A stretch of DNA of 64,000 nt. It comes from Candidatus Limnocylindrales bacterium (GTDB lineage Bacteria; Chloroflexota; Limnocylindria; Limnocylindrales; CSP1-4). The translations under genes were made by a program, and so were the position numbers. Below, one piece after another: positions 9,037 through 16,289 of the stretch. The DNA is taken from positions 5,810-69,809 of the forward strand of contig JBBQRX010000011.1 of NCBI GenBank assembly GCA_038214375.1, in the 5' to 3' direction. Below the pieces are notes generated by a model. The model was not told the DNA's origin. It searched no databases and saw nothing but the letters and a program-made list of their open reading frames with translations. Every line of letters starts with the position of its first letter. Positions within the stretch are counted from its first letter, which is position 1.

Positions 9037-10269
9037 GTGGAACGCGAGGCGGTCCTCGTCGGGATCGACGTCGGGACGACCAAGGTCGTGGCCCTGATCG
9101 GTGAGGTCGGGCGCGACGGCAGCGTCACGATCATCGGGAAGGGCACGGTGCCGGCGTCGGGGCTGCGTAAGGGCGTCGTCGTCAACATCGACCAGACCGT
9201 CCATTCGATCACCGCCGCGGTGGAGAAGGCAGAGCGCCATTCCGGCTGGAAGATCGACCGGGCCTTCGTGAGCGTGGGCGGCCAGCACGTCGACGGCCTC
9301 AACTCGCCGGGCCAGGTCGCGGTTGCCGGCGCCCGCCGCGAGGTCACGCAGGAGGACGTCAACCGGTCGATAGAGGTGGCCCGGGCCGTCTCGATCCCGT
9401 CGACGCGCGAGGTCCTCCACGTGGTCCCGCGCGGCTACACGGTGGACGGCCAGGAGGGCGTGATGAACCCGCTCGGAATGAGCGCGGTTCGCCTGGAGGT
9501 CGAGACCCACATCGTCACCGCCTCCGCCACGGCCGTTCAGAACCTCACCAAGTGCGTCACCGCGGCCGGCGTCAAGATCGACGAGCTGGTGGCGGGCGGG
9601 CTCGCCTCGGCTGAAGCGGTCCTCTCGCCGACCGAGCGGGACCTCGGCGTTGCGGTCGCGGACATCGGGGCGGGGACGACGGAGCTGACCCTGTTCGCCG
9701 ACGGCTCTCCGTTCCACACGGCCGTGCTCCCGGTCGGCGGCGCGAATGTCACGAACGACATCGCGATCGGGCTCAAGACGAGCCTCCAGGTGGCGGAGTC
9801 GCTCAAGATCGATCACGGGACCTGCGACGTATCGGGCCTCGACCCCGACGAGGTCATCAGCGTCACCGTTCTCGGCGACGAGGCCGGCCGGACCGTCGAG
9901 CGGATGGAGGTCTGCCGGATCATCGAGGCGCGGATGCGCGAGACCTACGAGATGCTCCGGACGGAGATCCTGGCGGCAGCTCCGGGGTTGCTGCCGGCGG
10001 GGCTCGTGCTCACCGGCGGCGGCGCGCAGCTCGGCGGGGCCGCGGTCCTCGGCCGCGAGATCCTCGAGATGCCCGTCCGGGTCGCCTCCGCGACAGAGGT
10101 CGGCGGGCTGGTGGACGGGATCCTGGAGCCGTCCTACAGCACGGCCATCGGGCTCCTCCTGTGGGGTGCCCGCCATCTCGGCGCGGCGGACCTCACGACC
10201 TACGAGTCGGCGCCGGCCGGTGGTCTCGTCGGGCGTCTGCGGGGAGCCCTGCGGAGCGTCTTCCCGTAG
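9037..10269 (+). CDS. ftsA: cell division protein FtsA
   Basis: GTG start after AAGGAGAGGG. Actin-fold motifs LVGIDVGTTKVVALIG, VADIGAGTTELTLF and GLVLTGGGAQL. Confidence 0.9.
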   Translation: MEREAVLVGIDVGTTKVVALIGEVGRDGSVTIIGKGTVPASGLRKGVVVNIDQTVHSITAAVEKAERHSGWKIDRAFVSVGGQHVDGLNSPGQVAVAGARREVTQEDVNRSIEVARAVSIPSTREVLHVVPRGYTVDGQEGVMNPLGMSAVRLEVETHIVTASATAVQNLTKCVTAAGVKIDELVAGGLASAEAVLSPTERDLGVAVADIGAGTTELTLFADGSPFHTAVLPVGGANVTNDIAIGLKTSLQVAESLKIDHGTCDVSGLDPDEVISVTVLGDEAGRTVERMEVCRIIEARMRETYEMLRTEILAAAPGLLPAGLVLTGGGAQLGGAAVLGREILEMPVRVASATEVGGLVDGILEPSYSTAIGLLLWGARHLGAADLTTYESAPAGGLVGRLRGALRSVFP

Positions 10270-10322
10270 TCCCGAGCGGGTCTCGTGCGGCGAAGGCCGG
10301 CACCGCCGGGCGACGGGCGGGG

Positions 10323-10350
10323 TTCCCAACCGTGAATCGGGCGCTATACT
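10323..10350 (+). promoter_or_regulatory. candidate sigma70-type promoter for ftsZ (TTCCCA-N16-TATACT)
   Basis: TTCCCA at 10323-10328 and TATACT at 10345-10350, in the 203-bp ftsA-ftsZ spacer. Confidence 0.3.
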
Positions 10351-10472
10351 CCCCGGGCAGTCCACGTTCCTGCGCGCTATGCCCGCACGCCGGACCGGAC
10401 GCTCCGCGTGCACCTGAGACGCCTTGACCACGGACGGCCGAAGAGCCGCTCACCACCCGGGAGGGACCAGCG

Positions 10473-11690
10473 ATGCCGCTCCGGTCGGATTCCGAGAACT
10501 TCGCCCTGATCCGTGTCGTCGGAGTCGGCGGCGGAGGCAGCAATGCCGTCAACCGGATGATCCGGGCCGAGATGATGGGCGTCGAGTTCATCGGCATCAA
10601 CACGGATGCCCAGGCCCTGCTCCAGTCCGATGCCCCGCACAAGATCCGGATCGGCGACAAGATCACCCGCGGGCTCGGGGCCGGCGGAGACGCCGCGATC
10701 GGGCAGCGGGCCGCCGAGGAGGACGTCGAGAAGATCACGGAGGCCCTCCGCGATTCCGACATGGTCTTCATCACGGCGGGCCTCGGGGGCGGCACCGGCT
10801 CGGGCGGCGCACCGGTCATCGCGGAGATCGCAAAGGACCTCGGCGCGCTGACGATCGGCGTCGTGACGAAGCCGTTCTCCTTCGAGGGCAACAAGCGCAA
10901 GCTCATCGCCGAGAAGGCCGCCGAGCTGCTCAAGGCGAAGGTCGACACGCTCATCACGATCCCGAACGACAGACTGCGCGACGTGGTCGCCAAGAACACC
11001 TCGATCCTCGATGCGTTCCGCGTCGTGGACGACGTGCTGCGCCAGGGCGTCCAGGGCATCAGCGACATCATCACGGTACCCGGCCTGATCAACCTCGACT
11101 TCGCCGACGTGAAGGCGATCATGCACGACGCGGGCTCCGCCCTGATGGGCATCGGCCGGGCGTCCGGCGAGAGCCGCGCCGTCGAGGCCGCCAAGCAGGC
11201 GATCGCGAGCCCGCTGCTCGAGGTCAACATCACGGGTGCGCAGGGAATCCTGTTCAACATCTCCGGCTCGTCCAACCTGACGCTCTACGAGGTGACGGAG
11301 GCCGCCGAGGAGATCCGCGCCGCAGCCGACCCGGAGGCGAACATCATCTTCGGGGCGAGCTTCGACGAGCGACTCGGCGAGGATGTCGTGATCACCGTCA
11401 TCGCGACCGGCTTCGACGGCTCGCGCCGCCGGGAGTCCGTGAAACGCGAGACCGTCGAGCGACCATACGAGGTGTCGCGTACGGTCCGCCCCGAGCGCGA
11501 CTACCTCGGCGAGCTCGAGCGCCAGCGGGTCGCCGCCGAGACCGAGACGCGGCCCGGCATGGATCGCGGCGAGGCCGCTTCCGTCCGCGTGGAGCGGACC
11601 GTGGCGGAGACCGCGCCGGCTGCGAACGTGCGCCGGACCTACGACGCCGACGACCTGGAGATCCCGAGCTTCCTCCGGCGCTCGAAGTAG
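10473..11690 (+). CDS. ftsZ: cell division GTPase FtsZ
   Basis: [17 protein letters not shown], tubulin signature [19 protein letters not shown] and C-terminal peptide [23 protein letters not shown] upstream. Confidence 0.97.
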   Translation: MPLRSDSENFALIRVVGVGGGGSNAVNRMIRAEMMGVEFIGINTDAQALLQSDAPHKIRIGDKITRGLGAGGDAAIGQRAAEEDVEKITEALRDSDMVFITAGLGGGTGSGGAPVIAEIAKDLGALTIGVVTKPFSFEGNKRKLIAEKAAELLKAKVDTLITIPNDRLRDVVAKNTSILDAFRVVDDVLRQGVQGISDIITVPGLINLDFADVKAIMHDAGSALMGIGRASGESRAVEAAKQAIASPLLEVNITGAQGILFNISGSSNLTLYEVTEAAEEIRAAADPEANIIFGASFDERLGEDVVITVIATGFDGSRRRESVKRETVERPYEVSRTVRPERDYLGELERQRVAAETETRPGMDRGEAASVRVERTVAETAPAANVRRTYDADDLEIPSFLRRSK

Positions 11691-11699
11691 CGCGGCGGC

Positions 11700-12572
11700 G
11701 TGGTGCCCGACCCGTCGGGCGCTGCCGACGCGCCGCTTCCTGTCGACGGCGCGGACCCCGCCGGGGCTGGGCGCCCGCCCGACCCGGCGACAGTCGCGGA
11801 CCTCGTCGCGGGTTTCGTCGCGGCGCGCGGCGCAGTCGAAGCGGCGATCGCGGCTGCCTGCGCGAGATCCGGGCGTGACCCGGCCGGGGTGACGCTCGTC
11901 GCGGTCAGCAAGACCGTCCCTGCCGGGCGGCTCCGTGCGGTAGTGGCCGCGGGCCTCGTGACGCTCGGCGAGAACCGCGTCCAGGAGGCAGAGGAGAAGG
12001 TTCCCACCGTCGCCGGGGCGCGCTGGCACCTCGTCGGCCCGCTCCAGGCGAACAAGGCGCGCCGGGCGGTTGCGCTCTTCGACGTCATCGAGAGCGTCGA
12101 CTCGGTCGCCCTGGCGACTCGGCTCGACCGGCTCGCGGGCGAGATCCGGCCGAGCCGCCCGCTGCCGGTGCTCCTCCAGGTGAACGTCGACGCGGACCCC
12201 GCGAAGGCCGGCTTCGAGCCCGCGGACCTGGCGGAGGCGCTGCCGGCGCTTGCCGCCCTGCCGAACCTCGAGCTGCGCGGCCTGATGACCGTGGGACGGC
12301 TCGCGGCGACCGCCGAGGACGCCCGTTCGACGTTCCGTGCCCTGCGCACGCTCGCCGCCGAGATTCGGGCGGACAACCCGGTCCTCGGTCCGGCGCTCTC
12401 GATGGGGATGAGCGACGACTTCGCGGTCGCCGTCGAGGAGGGCGCCACGATCGTCCGCGTCGGCAGAGCGCTCTTCGGGGAGCGAACGCCGGTCCGTGCC
12501 GAGGCGAACCTCGGGGCGAAGGTGCCGGCGGAGGCGCGCGGCGAGCGTCCGGGGCTCCCGGACCGCGCGTAG
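11700..12572 (+). CDS. yggS: YggS-family pyridoxal-phosphate homeostasis protein
   Basis: LVAVSKTVPAGRL, LGENRVQEAEEK, WHLVGPLQANKAR and LSMGMSDDFAVAVEEGATIVRVGRALFG. The N-terminal ~30 aa are uncertain. Confidence 0.85.
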   Translation: MVPDPSGAADAPLPVDGADPAGAGRPPDPATVADLVAGFVAARGAVEAAIAAACARSGRDPAGVTLVAVSKTVPAGRLRAVVAAGLVTLGENRVQEAEEKVPTVAGARWHLVGPLQANKARRAVALFDVIESVDSVALATRLDRLAGEIRPSRPLPVLLQVNVDADPAKAGFEPADLAEALPALAALPNLELRGLMTVGRLAATAEDARSTFRALRTLAAEIRADNPVLGPALSMGMSDDFAVAVEEGATIVRVGRALFGERTPVRAEANLGAKVPAEARGERPGLPDRA

Positions 12573-12575
12573 ACT
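12570..12575 (+). promoter_or_regulatory. -10-like TAGACT 6 nt upstream of the yggT ATG (TAG is also the yggS stop)
   Basis: cgcgTAGACTccgtggATG. Confidence 0.25.
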
Positions 12576-12581
12576 CCGTGG

Positions 12582-12830
12582 ATGGGGTTCTTCCTGCGCA
12601 ACTTCGTCCAGCTGCTCGTGCTGGTGCTGTGGGCGCTGGTGCTGGCCCGCGTGGTCGTCTCGTGGGTGGATCCGCAGGGCCGCAATCCGATCGCGCGCCA
12701 GGTGGTCGCGCTGACCGAGCCGTTCCTCGCGCCGATCCGGCGCCTGCTGCCGTCCACCGGCGCGCTCGACCTGTCGCCGCTGATCCTGATGCTCGTCCTG
12801 AGCGCGCTCCTCGGGGTCGTCGGTCGCTGA
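12582..12830 (+). CDS. yggT: YggT-family membrane protein
   Basis: 82 aa with two hydrophobic helices and ALTEPFLAPIRRLLP. The yggS-yggT pairing is conserved downstream of ftsZ. Confidence 0.8.
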   Translation: MGFFLRNFVQLLVLVLWALVLARVVVSWVDPQGRNPIARQVVALTEPFLAPIRRLLPSTGALDLSPLILMLVLSALLGVVGR

Positions 12831-13120
12831 GCGGGACGGGGGAGCCCGAGGTCCGCTTCCAGGTGCGGCTCACCCCGCGCGGCGGCGTCGACCGCGTTGA
12901 TGGGGTGGGGGACGATGGAGCCCTCCGCGTCCGGGTAGCCGCGCCCCCCGTCGATTCGGCCGCGAACGAGGCGCTCTGTCGGTTGCTCGCCCGGGAGCTC
13001 GACGTCGCCCGCGGGGTCATCCGGGTCGTGACCGGCGCGACCGCTCGCCGGAAGGTCGTGGCGGTCGTCGGGATCGAGGCGCCGGTGGTCAGATCGCGCT
13101 GGCCGGGGCTGGCCGTATAA
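12827..13120 (+). CDS. DUF167 (YggU-like) protein; start uncertain
   Basis: FQVRLTPRGGVDRVDGV..LRVRVAAPPVDSAANEALCRLLAREL..RKVV resembles YggU. No ATG/GTG lies near the N-terminus. CTG 12827 overlaps the yggT stop (CTGA). In-frame GTG 12863 is the alternative. Confidence 0.55.
   Translation: MSGTGEPEVRFQVRLTPRGGVDRVDGVGDDGALRVRVAAPPVDSAANEALCRLLARELDVARGVIRVVTGATARRKVVAVVGIEAPVVRSRWPGLAV
13115..13120 (+). promoter_or_regulatory. perfect TATAAT 10 nt upstream of the tRNA-Val 5' end
   Basis: ggccgTATAATccgccccacGGGCG. The hexamer contains the DUF167 TAA stop. No good -35 was seen. Confidence 0.3.
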
Positions 13121-13130
13121 TCCGCCCCAC

Positions 13131-13207
13131 GGGCGATTAGCTCAGCCGGTCAGAGCGCACGGTTCACATCCGTGAGGTCACTGGTTCGAACCCAGTATCG
13201 CCCACCA
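13131..13207 (+). tRNA. tRNA-Val (anticodon CAC), CCA encoded
   Basis: Hand-folded cloverleaf: acceptor GGGCGAT/ATCGCCC, D stem GCTC/GAGC, anticodon stem CACGG/CCGTG with loop TTCACAT, T arm ACTGG-TTCGAAC-CCAGT, discriminator A, then CCA. Confidence 0.95.
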
Positions 13208-13260
13208 CAGTCACCTCGCCGGAGGCCGGACGCAGACGAGTCCACGAACCGAGGGACGAG

Positions 13261-13752
13261 ATGGCCGACGACGACATCCTGCGCGAGCAGCTCCTCGCGC
13301 TCATCGACGGGCACGGTGCCCACATGCCGCTCGCCGCCGCCGTCGCGGACTTCCCGGACGACGCCATCAACCGGTTTCCGCCCAACGTCCCGTACACACC
13401 CTGGCATCTACTGGAGCACGTCAGGATTGCCCAGCGCGACATCCTCGACTACATCCGCGACCGCGCCTACCTGGCGCCAAGCTGGCCCGAGGAGTACTGG
13501 CCTGCGCGCGATGCCACCGCGACGCCGGAGCAGTTCGCGCTGACGGTCGAGGGCTTCAGCTCCGACAGCGCGGCGCTCCATGCGCTCGTGGCGGATCCCG
13601 CCACCGACCTGCTGGCAGCGATCCCGAACACCCCGGGTCACACGATCCTTCGCGAGGTGTGCGTCCTCGCCGACCACAACGCCTACCACGTCGGCGAGTT
13701 CGCGATCCTCCGCCAGGTCATGGGAACCTGGCCGCGCGGCAGGGAGGAGTAA
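13261..13752 (+). CDS. DinB-family (DinB_2/YfiT-like) metal-dependent protein
   Basis: 163 aa with His-containing helices WHLLEHVRIAQRDILDY and HNAYHVGEFAILRQ. GAGGGA SD upstream. Confidence 0.7.
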   Translation: MADDDILREQLLALIDGHGAHMPLAAAVADFPDDAINRFPPNVPYTPWHLLEHVRIAQRDILDYIRDRAYLAPSWPEEYWPARDATATPEQFALTVEGFSSDSAALHALVADPATDLLAAIPNTPGHTILREVCVLADHNAYHVGEFAILRQVMGTWPRGREE

Positions 13753-13777
13753 CCCGCCGCCTCGCTGCTGGGTCTGT

Positions 13778-13819
13778 CCGCCGATCGGGGCCCGCCGATC
13801 GGGTCCCGCCGATCGGGGC
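13778..13819. repeat. 3 tandem copies of a 14-bp unit CCGCCGATCGGGKC, each containing the palindrome CCGATCGG
   Basis: Read directly: ccgccgatcggggc ccgccgatcgggtc ccgccgatcggggc. Lies between the convergent DinB and lipoprotein genes. Confidence 0.9.
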
Positions 13820-13826
13820 CGCCCGG

Positions 13827-14246
13827 TCAGAGCGAGTTCGCGAAGCTGTCGCCGCCGAGGAGCTTGAGGATGGTCGTCCGGACCTCGGGGCAGGCAGATT
13901 CCGTCAGGGTGTCCATCGCGGACGCGCTCGGCAGGCCACGGGACGAATCTGCGGCGATCCAGTCGGCATAGTCGATCGCCAGCTGCGCGACGGCCCCAGC
14001 GGTCGAGCCGGCCTTCTGGAGGGCGGGGAGCTCCGTCGAGAGGAAGGTGCACAGGGCAGCCCCATTCGCTGCGCCGGCCGCCGAGGTCCCCGGGGAGGCG
14101 GTCGCCGGGCTCGCGGGGGCAGCCGCCGTGGACGCGGCCGCGGACGGTGACGCGCCGGCGGCCTGCGGCGAGGCCGTGGCACCGCCGCCACAGGCAGCGG
14201 TCAGGAGGCTCACCGCGAGCACGAGCGCACGAGCTGGACGATTCAC
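13827..14246 (-). CDS. hypothetical lipoprotein
   Basis: GTG at 14246 preceded by GGGGGGAA. Signal plus lipobox ALVLAVSLLTAACGGG, an Ala/Ser/Pro-rich linker, then a ~70-aa domain with 2 Cys. The N-terminal part of the track ORF (to 14399) is likely not coding. Confidence 0.6.
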   Translation of the reverse strand: MNRPARALVLAVSLLTAACGGGATASPQAAGASPSAAASTAAAPASPATASPGTSAAGAANGAALCTFLSTELPALQKAGSTAGAVAQLAIDYADWIAADSSRGLPSASAMDTLTESACPEVRTTILKLLGGDSFANSL

Positions 14247-14470
14247 AAGGTTCCCCCCGGTTGCGTGGCAGAGTCGTCGCGGGATCGTAGCGTGACCGGC
14301 CGGAGGGCGCCGGAAAGGCACCTGGGCGAGTCCCGCGGTTCGAGCAGACCCGCGACGCTGCCACCGTGGCCGCGCGGACGTCGGGGCGTTTGGCGCCATC
14401 TGGGCGTGGGCTTGCGCGGCCGCTGTGCGGCCCTCGCGAGCCTCTCGCCGGACGTGGGTTGGGGCCCTGT

Positions 14471-14476
14471 TATCGT
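14471..14476 (+). promoter_or_regulatory. -10-like TATCGT 6 nt upstream of ATG 14483
   Basis: TATCGTgccgcgATG, the same geometry as the other putative leaderless starts. Confidence 0.3.
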
Positions 14477-14482
14477 GCCGCG

Positions 14483-14638
14483 ATGGTCGACTCGGTCGCG
14501 TCGCCCATCACGGACCTCGTGCGCGAGCTGCCCGGCGCCGATGGGTCGTCGACTGCGCCGACGCGCCTTCTTCGGACGTCCGGTCAGTCCCGACTGCAGC
14601 GGGCGACCTCGTGGAATTGGAGTGGTGACGATGGGTGA
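14483..14638 (+). CDS. possible 51-aa leaderless small ORF, overlapping the next gene by 8 nt
   Basis: MVDSVASPITDLVRELPGADGSS.. The first two thirds have high GC3. Stop TGA 14636-14638 overlaps ATG 14631 of the downstream membrane protein. No homology recognised. Confidence 0.25.
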   Translation: MVDSVASPITDLVRELPGADGSSTAPTRLLRTSGQSRLQRATSWNWSGDDG

Positions 14639-15332
14639 GCCCAGGCCGGTCCGCCTTCGCGGGGGCTTGCACCGGTTGAGCCGAGGGCTCATCGCCTACG
14701 GAATCATCGGGCTCATCGTCACCGCGATCGGGTTCGCAGCGCTGGTGTGGGCGAACGACCGCGTCGGTCACCTCCGAAGCGATACCCAGGCGACCATCGC
14801 CCGGCTGGCGTCCACGACGTCGGTCGCCGCTCTTGTGCTCCACGGCGCTTCCACGACAGCGACGTCATTCAGCGCGACCGTCGATCAGTCGGCGCAGGCT
14901 ATCTCGGCCGCGGCCGTGACGGCCACCGAGGTCCGCTCGGACCTGTCAGCCCTCGAGGCGCAGCTTCGTTCGGTCAACATCCTCGGGGCGACACCGCTCT
15001 CCTCGCCGGCGGACGCGGTTGGCCGCATCGCCGCGAGCATGGAGGGCCTCGATGGGCGGCTCTCTGTCATCGCCGAGAGCGGCAGGGGCAACAGGGACGC
15101 GCTGACCGGCAACGCCGCGGCTCTCGGCGACCTCGCCGACAGCACCCAGGCGCTCGCGGCGCGCCTTGGGTCCGGCGTCGGCGAGGACACGTTCGGCGAA
15201 ATCCAGCTGGTCATCGCCGTCACGCTGCTTGCGTTCGCCGCCGTGTCGTTGGTGCCGGCGGCCGGGGCGCTCGTCTTGGGCGCATGGCTTCGACGGGCGC
15301 TGCCTCGGGCACCCGGGCCACCCGAAGGCTGA
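14631..15332 (+). CDS. hypothetical membrane protein (TM, ~150-aa Ala/Ser-rich helical loop, TM)
   Basis: ATG 14631. TM1 LIAYGIIGLIVTAIGFAALVW and TM2 LVIAVTLLAFAAVSLVPAAGALVLGAW. High GC3. No family recognised. Confidence 0.55.
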   Translation: MGEPRPVRLRGGLHRLSRGLIAYGIIGLIVTAIGFAALVWANDRVGHLRSDTQATIARLASTTSVAALVLHGASTTATSFSATVDQSAQAISAAAVTATEVRSDLSALEAQLRSVNILGATPLSSPADAVGRIAASMEGLDGRLSVIAESGRGNRDALTGNAAALGDLADSTQALAARLGSGVGEDTFGEIQLVIAVTLLAFAAVSLVPAAGALVLGAWLRRALPRAPGPPEG

Positions 15333-15383
15333 TTCATCGACCGGCGCGCCCGATAGCGGCCAGAACCCGGCGCGGACGCAGCT

Positions 15384-15998
15384 TCAGGGGCGCAGGCCCT
15401 CGCTGGCGAGCTCGGCCCGGGCGAGCCGGTCGTGCCGGCCGCCGGCCCAGTCGCCCAGGGGATCCGGCGTGTACTCGAGCAGGGTCGAGTAATCGAGCCT
15501 CGCGAATGCTCGCATCGCAAGGGCACGCTCCACCTGGGCGCCGCCGACCGAGGGCGCAGTGCGGATGACACGGTGGGCGGCCCGCACTCGCCGGATCCGG
15601 TTCCAGCGCCATGGAAGATAGCGGCTCAACCACGGCATGAGCGTCACGACGGCGAGCATCAGGGCGAGTGTCACGGCGACCACGAAGATGAACTGCTCCA
15701 GCTGCGTTCCGAAGTCCGACAGCGGCTGGCCCGCGCCTGCAAAGGCATTGCGCGCGATGTCGCGGGCCTGCGACCCGACGAACGGAAGGCCGGCAAGCGA
15801 GTCGCCGAGGTCGCGCCCGCTCTGGGTCATCGTGTCGCCGCCGTCGCGAATGGTGCGGCCGGCCTCGGTGTAGCTGGCCAGGAACTGGAACAGGCGCCAG
15901 GCGAGGTTCCCCCAGAACACCACCCACACCAGGGTTGCCAGGTCCGCCACCTGTTCCTTCACGCGCGCGACCCGCAGCTCGCTCCAGATCTTGATCAT
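15384..15998 (-). CDS. hypothetical membrane protein (two TM, basic C-terminal domain)
   Basis: ATG 15998 preceded by GGAGGG. TM1 LATLVWVVFWGNLAWRLFQFLA and TM2 FIFVVAVTLALMLAVVTLMPWL. The rest of track ORF 15384..18962 is antisense shadow of the next gene. Confidence 0.6.
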   Translation of the reverse strand: MIKIWSELRVARVKEQVADLATLVWVVFWGNLAWRLFQFLASYTEAGRTIRDGGDTMTQSGRDLGDSLAGLPFVGSQARDIARNAFAGAGQPLSDFGTQLEQFIFVVAVTLALMLAVVTLMPWLSRYLPWRWNRIRRVRAAHRVIRTAPSVGGAQVERALAMRAFARLDYSTLLEYTPDPLGDWAGGRHDRLARAELASEGLRP

Positions 15999-16277
15999 GG
16001 AGGACCCTCCCGCATCCGTTACCCCGTCCAGCGATGGTTCGTCCGTGCGGCCACTGGCGTGCTCCGCGGGCCGCGGGGGCACAGGATCCCCGGCGTGCGG
16101 CCCAATTCGACCCACGGGCAGTGTGCGCGGCCCGGGCTCGACCCGTTCATGGCGCCAATCCTGGCCGACTGGCTGGTCGTCTGCCTGGGATCGCGGCCCG
16201 GTCATTCCGCTGGGAGCAGCTCCACCGTGGCCGAGCCGAGCCGGGGCTCTGCGCGGGCTCCCAGTCACCGTGTCGCG

Positions 16278-16283
16278 TAGACT
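16278..16283 (+). promoter_or_regulatory. -10 box TAGACT 6 nt upstream of GTG 16290 (leaderless-type)
   Basis: cgcgTAGACTccgagcGTG, with no SD. Confidence 0.45.
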
Positions 16284-16289
16284 CCGAGC

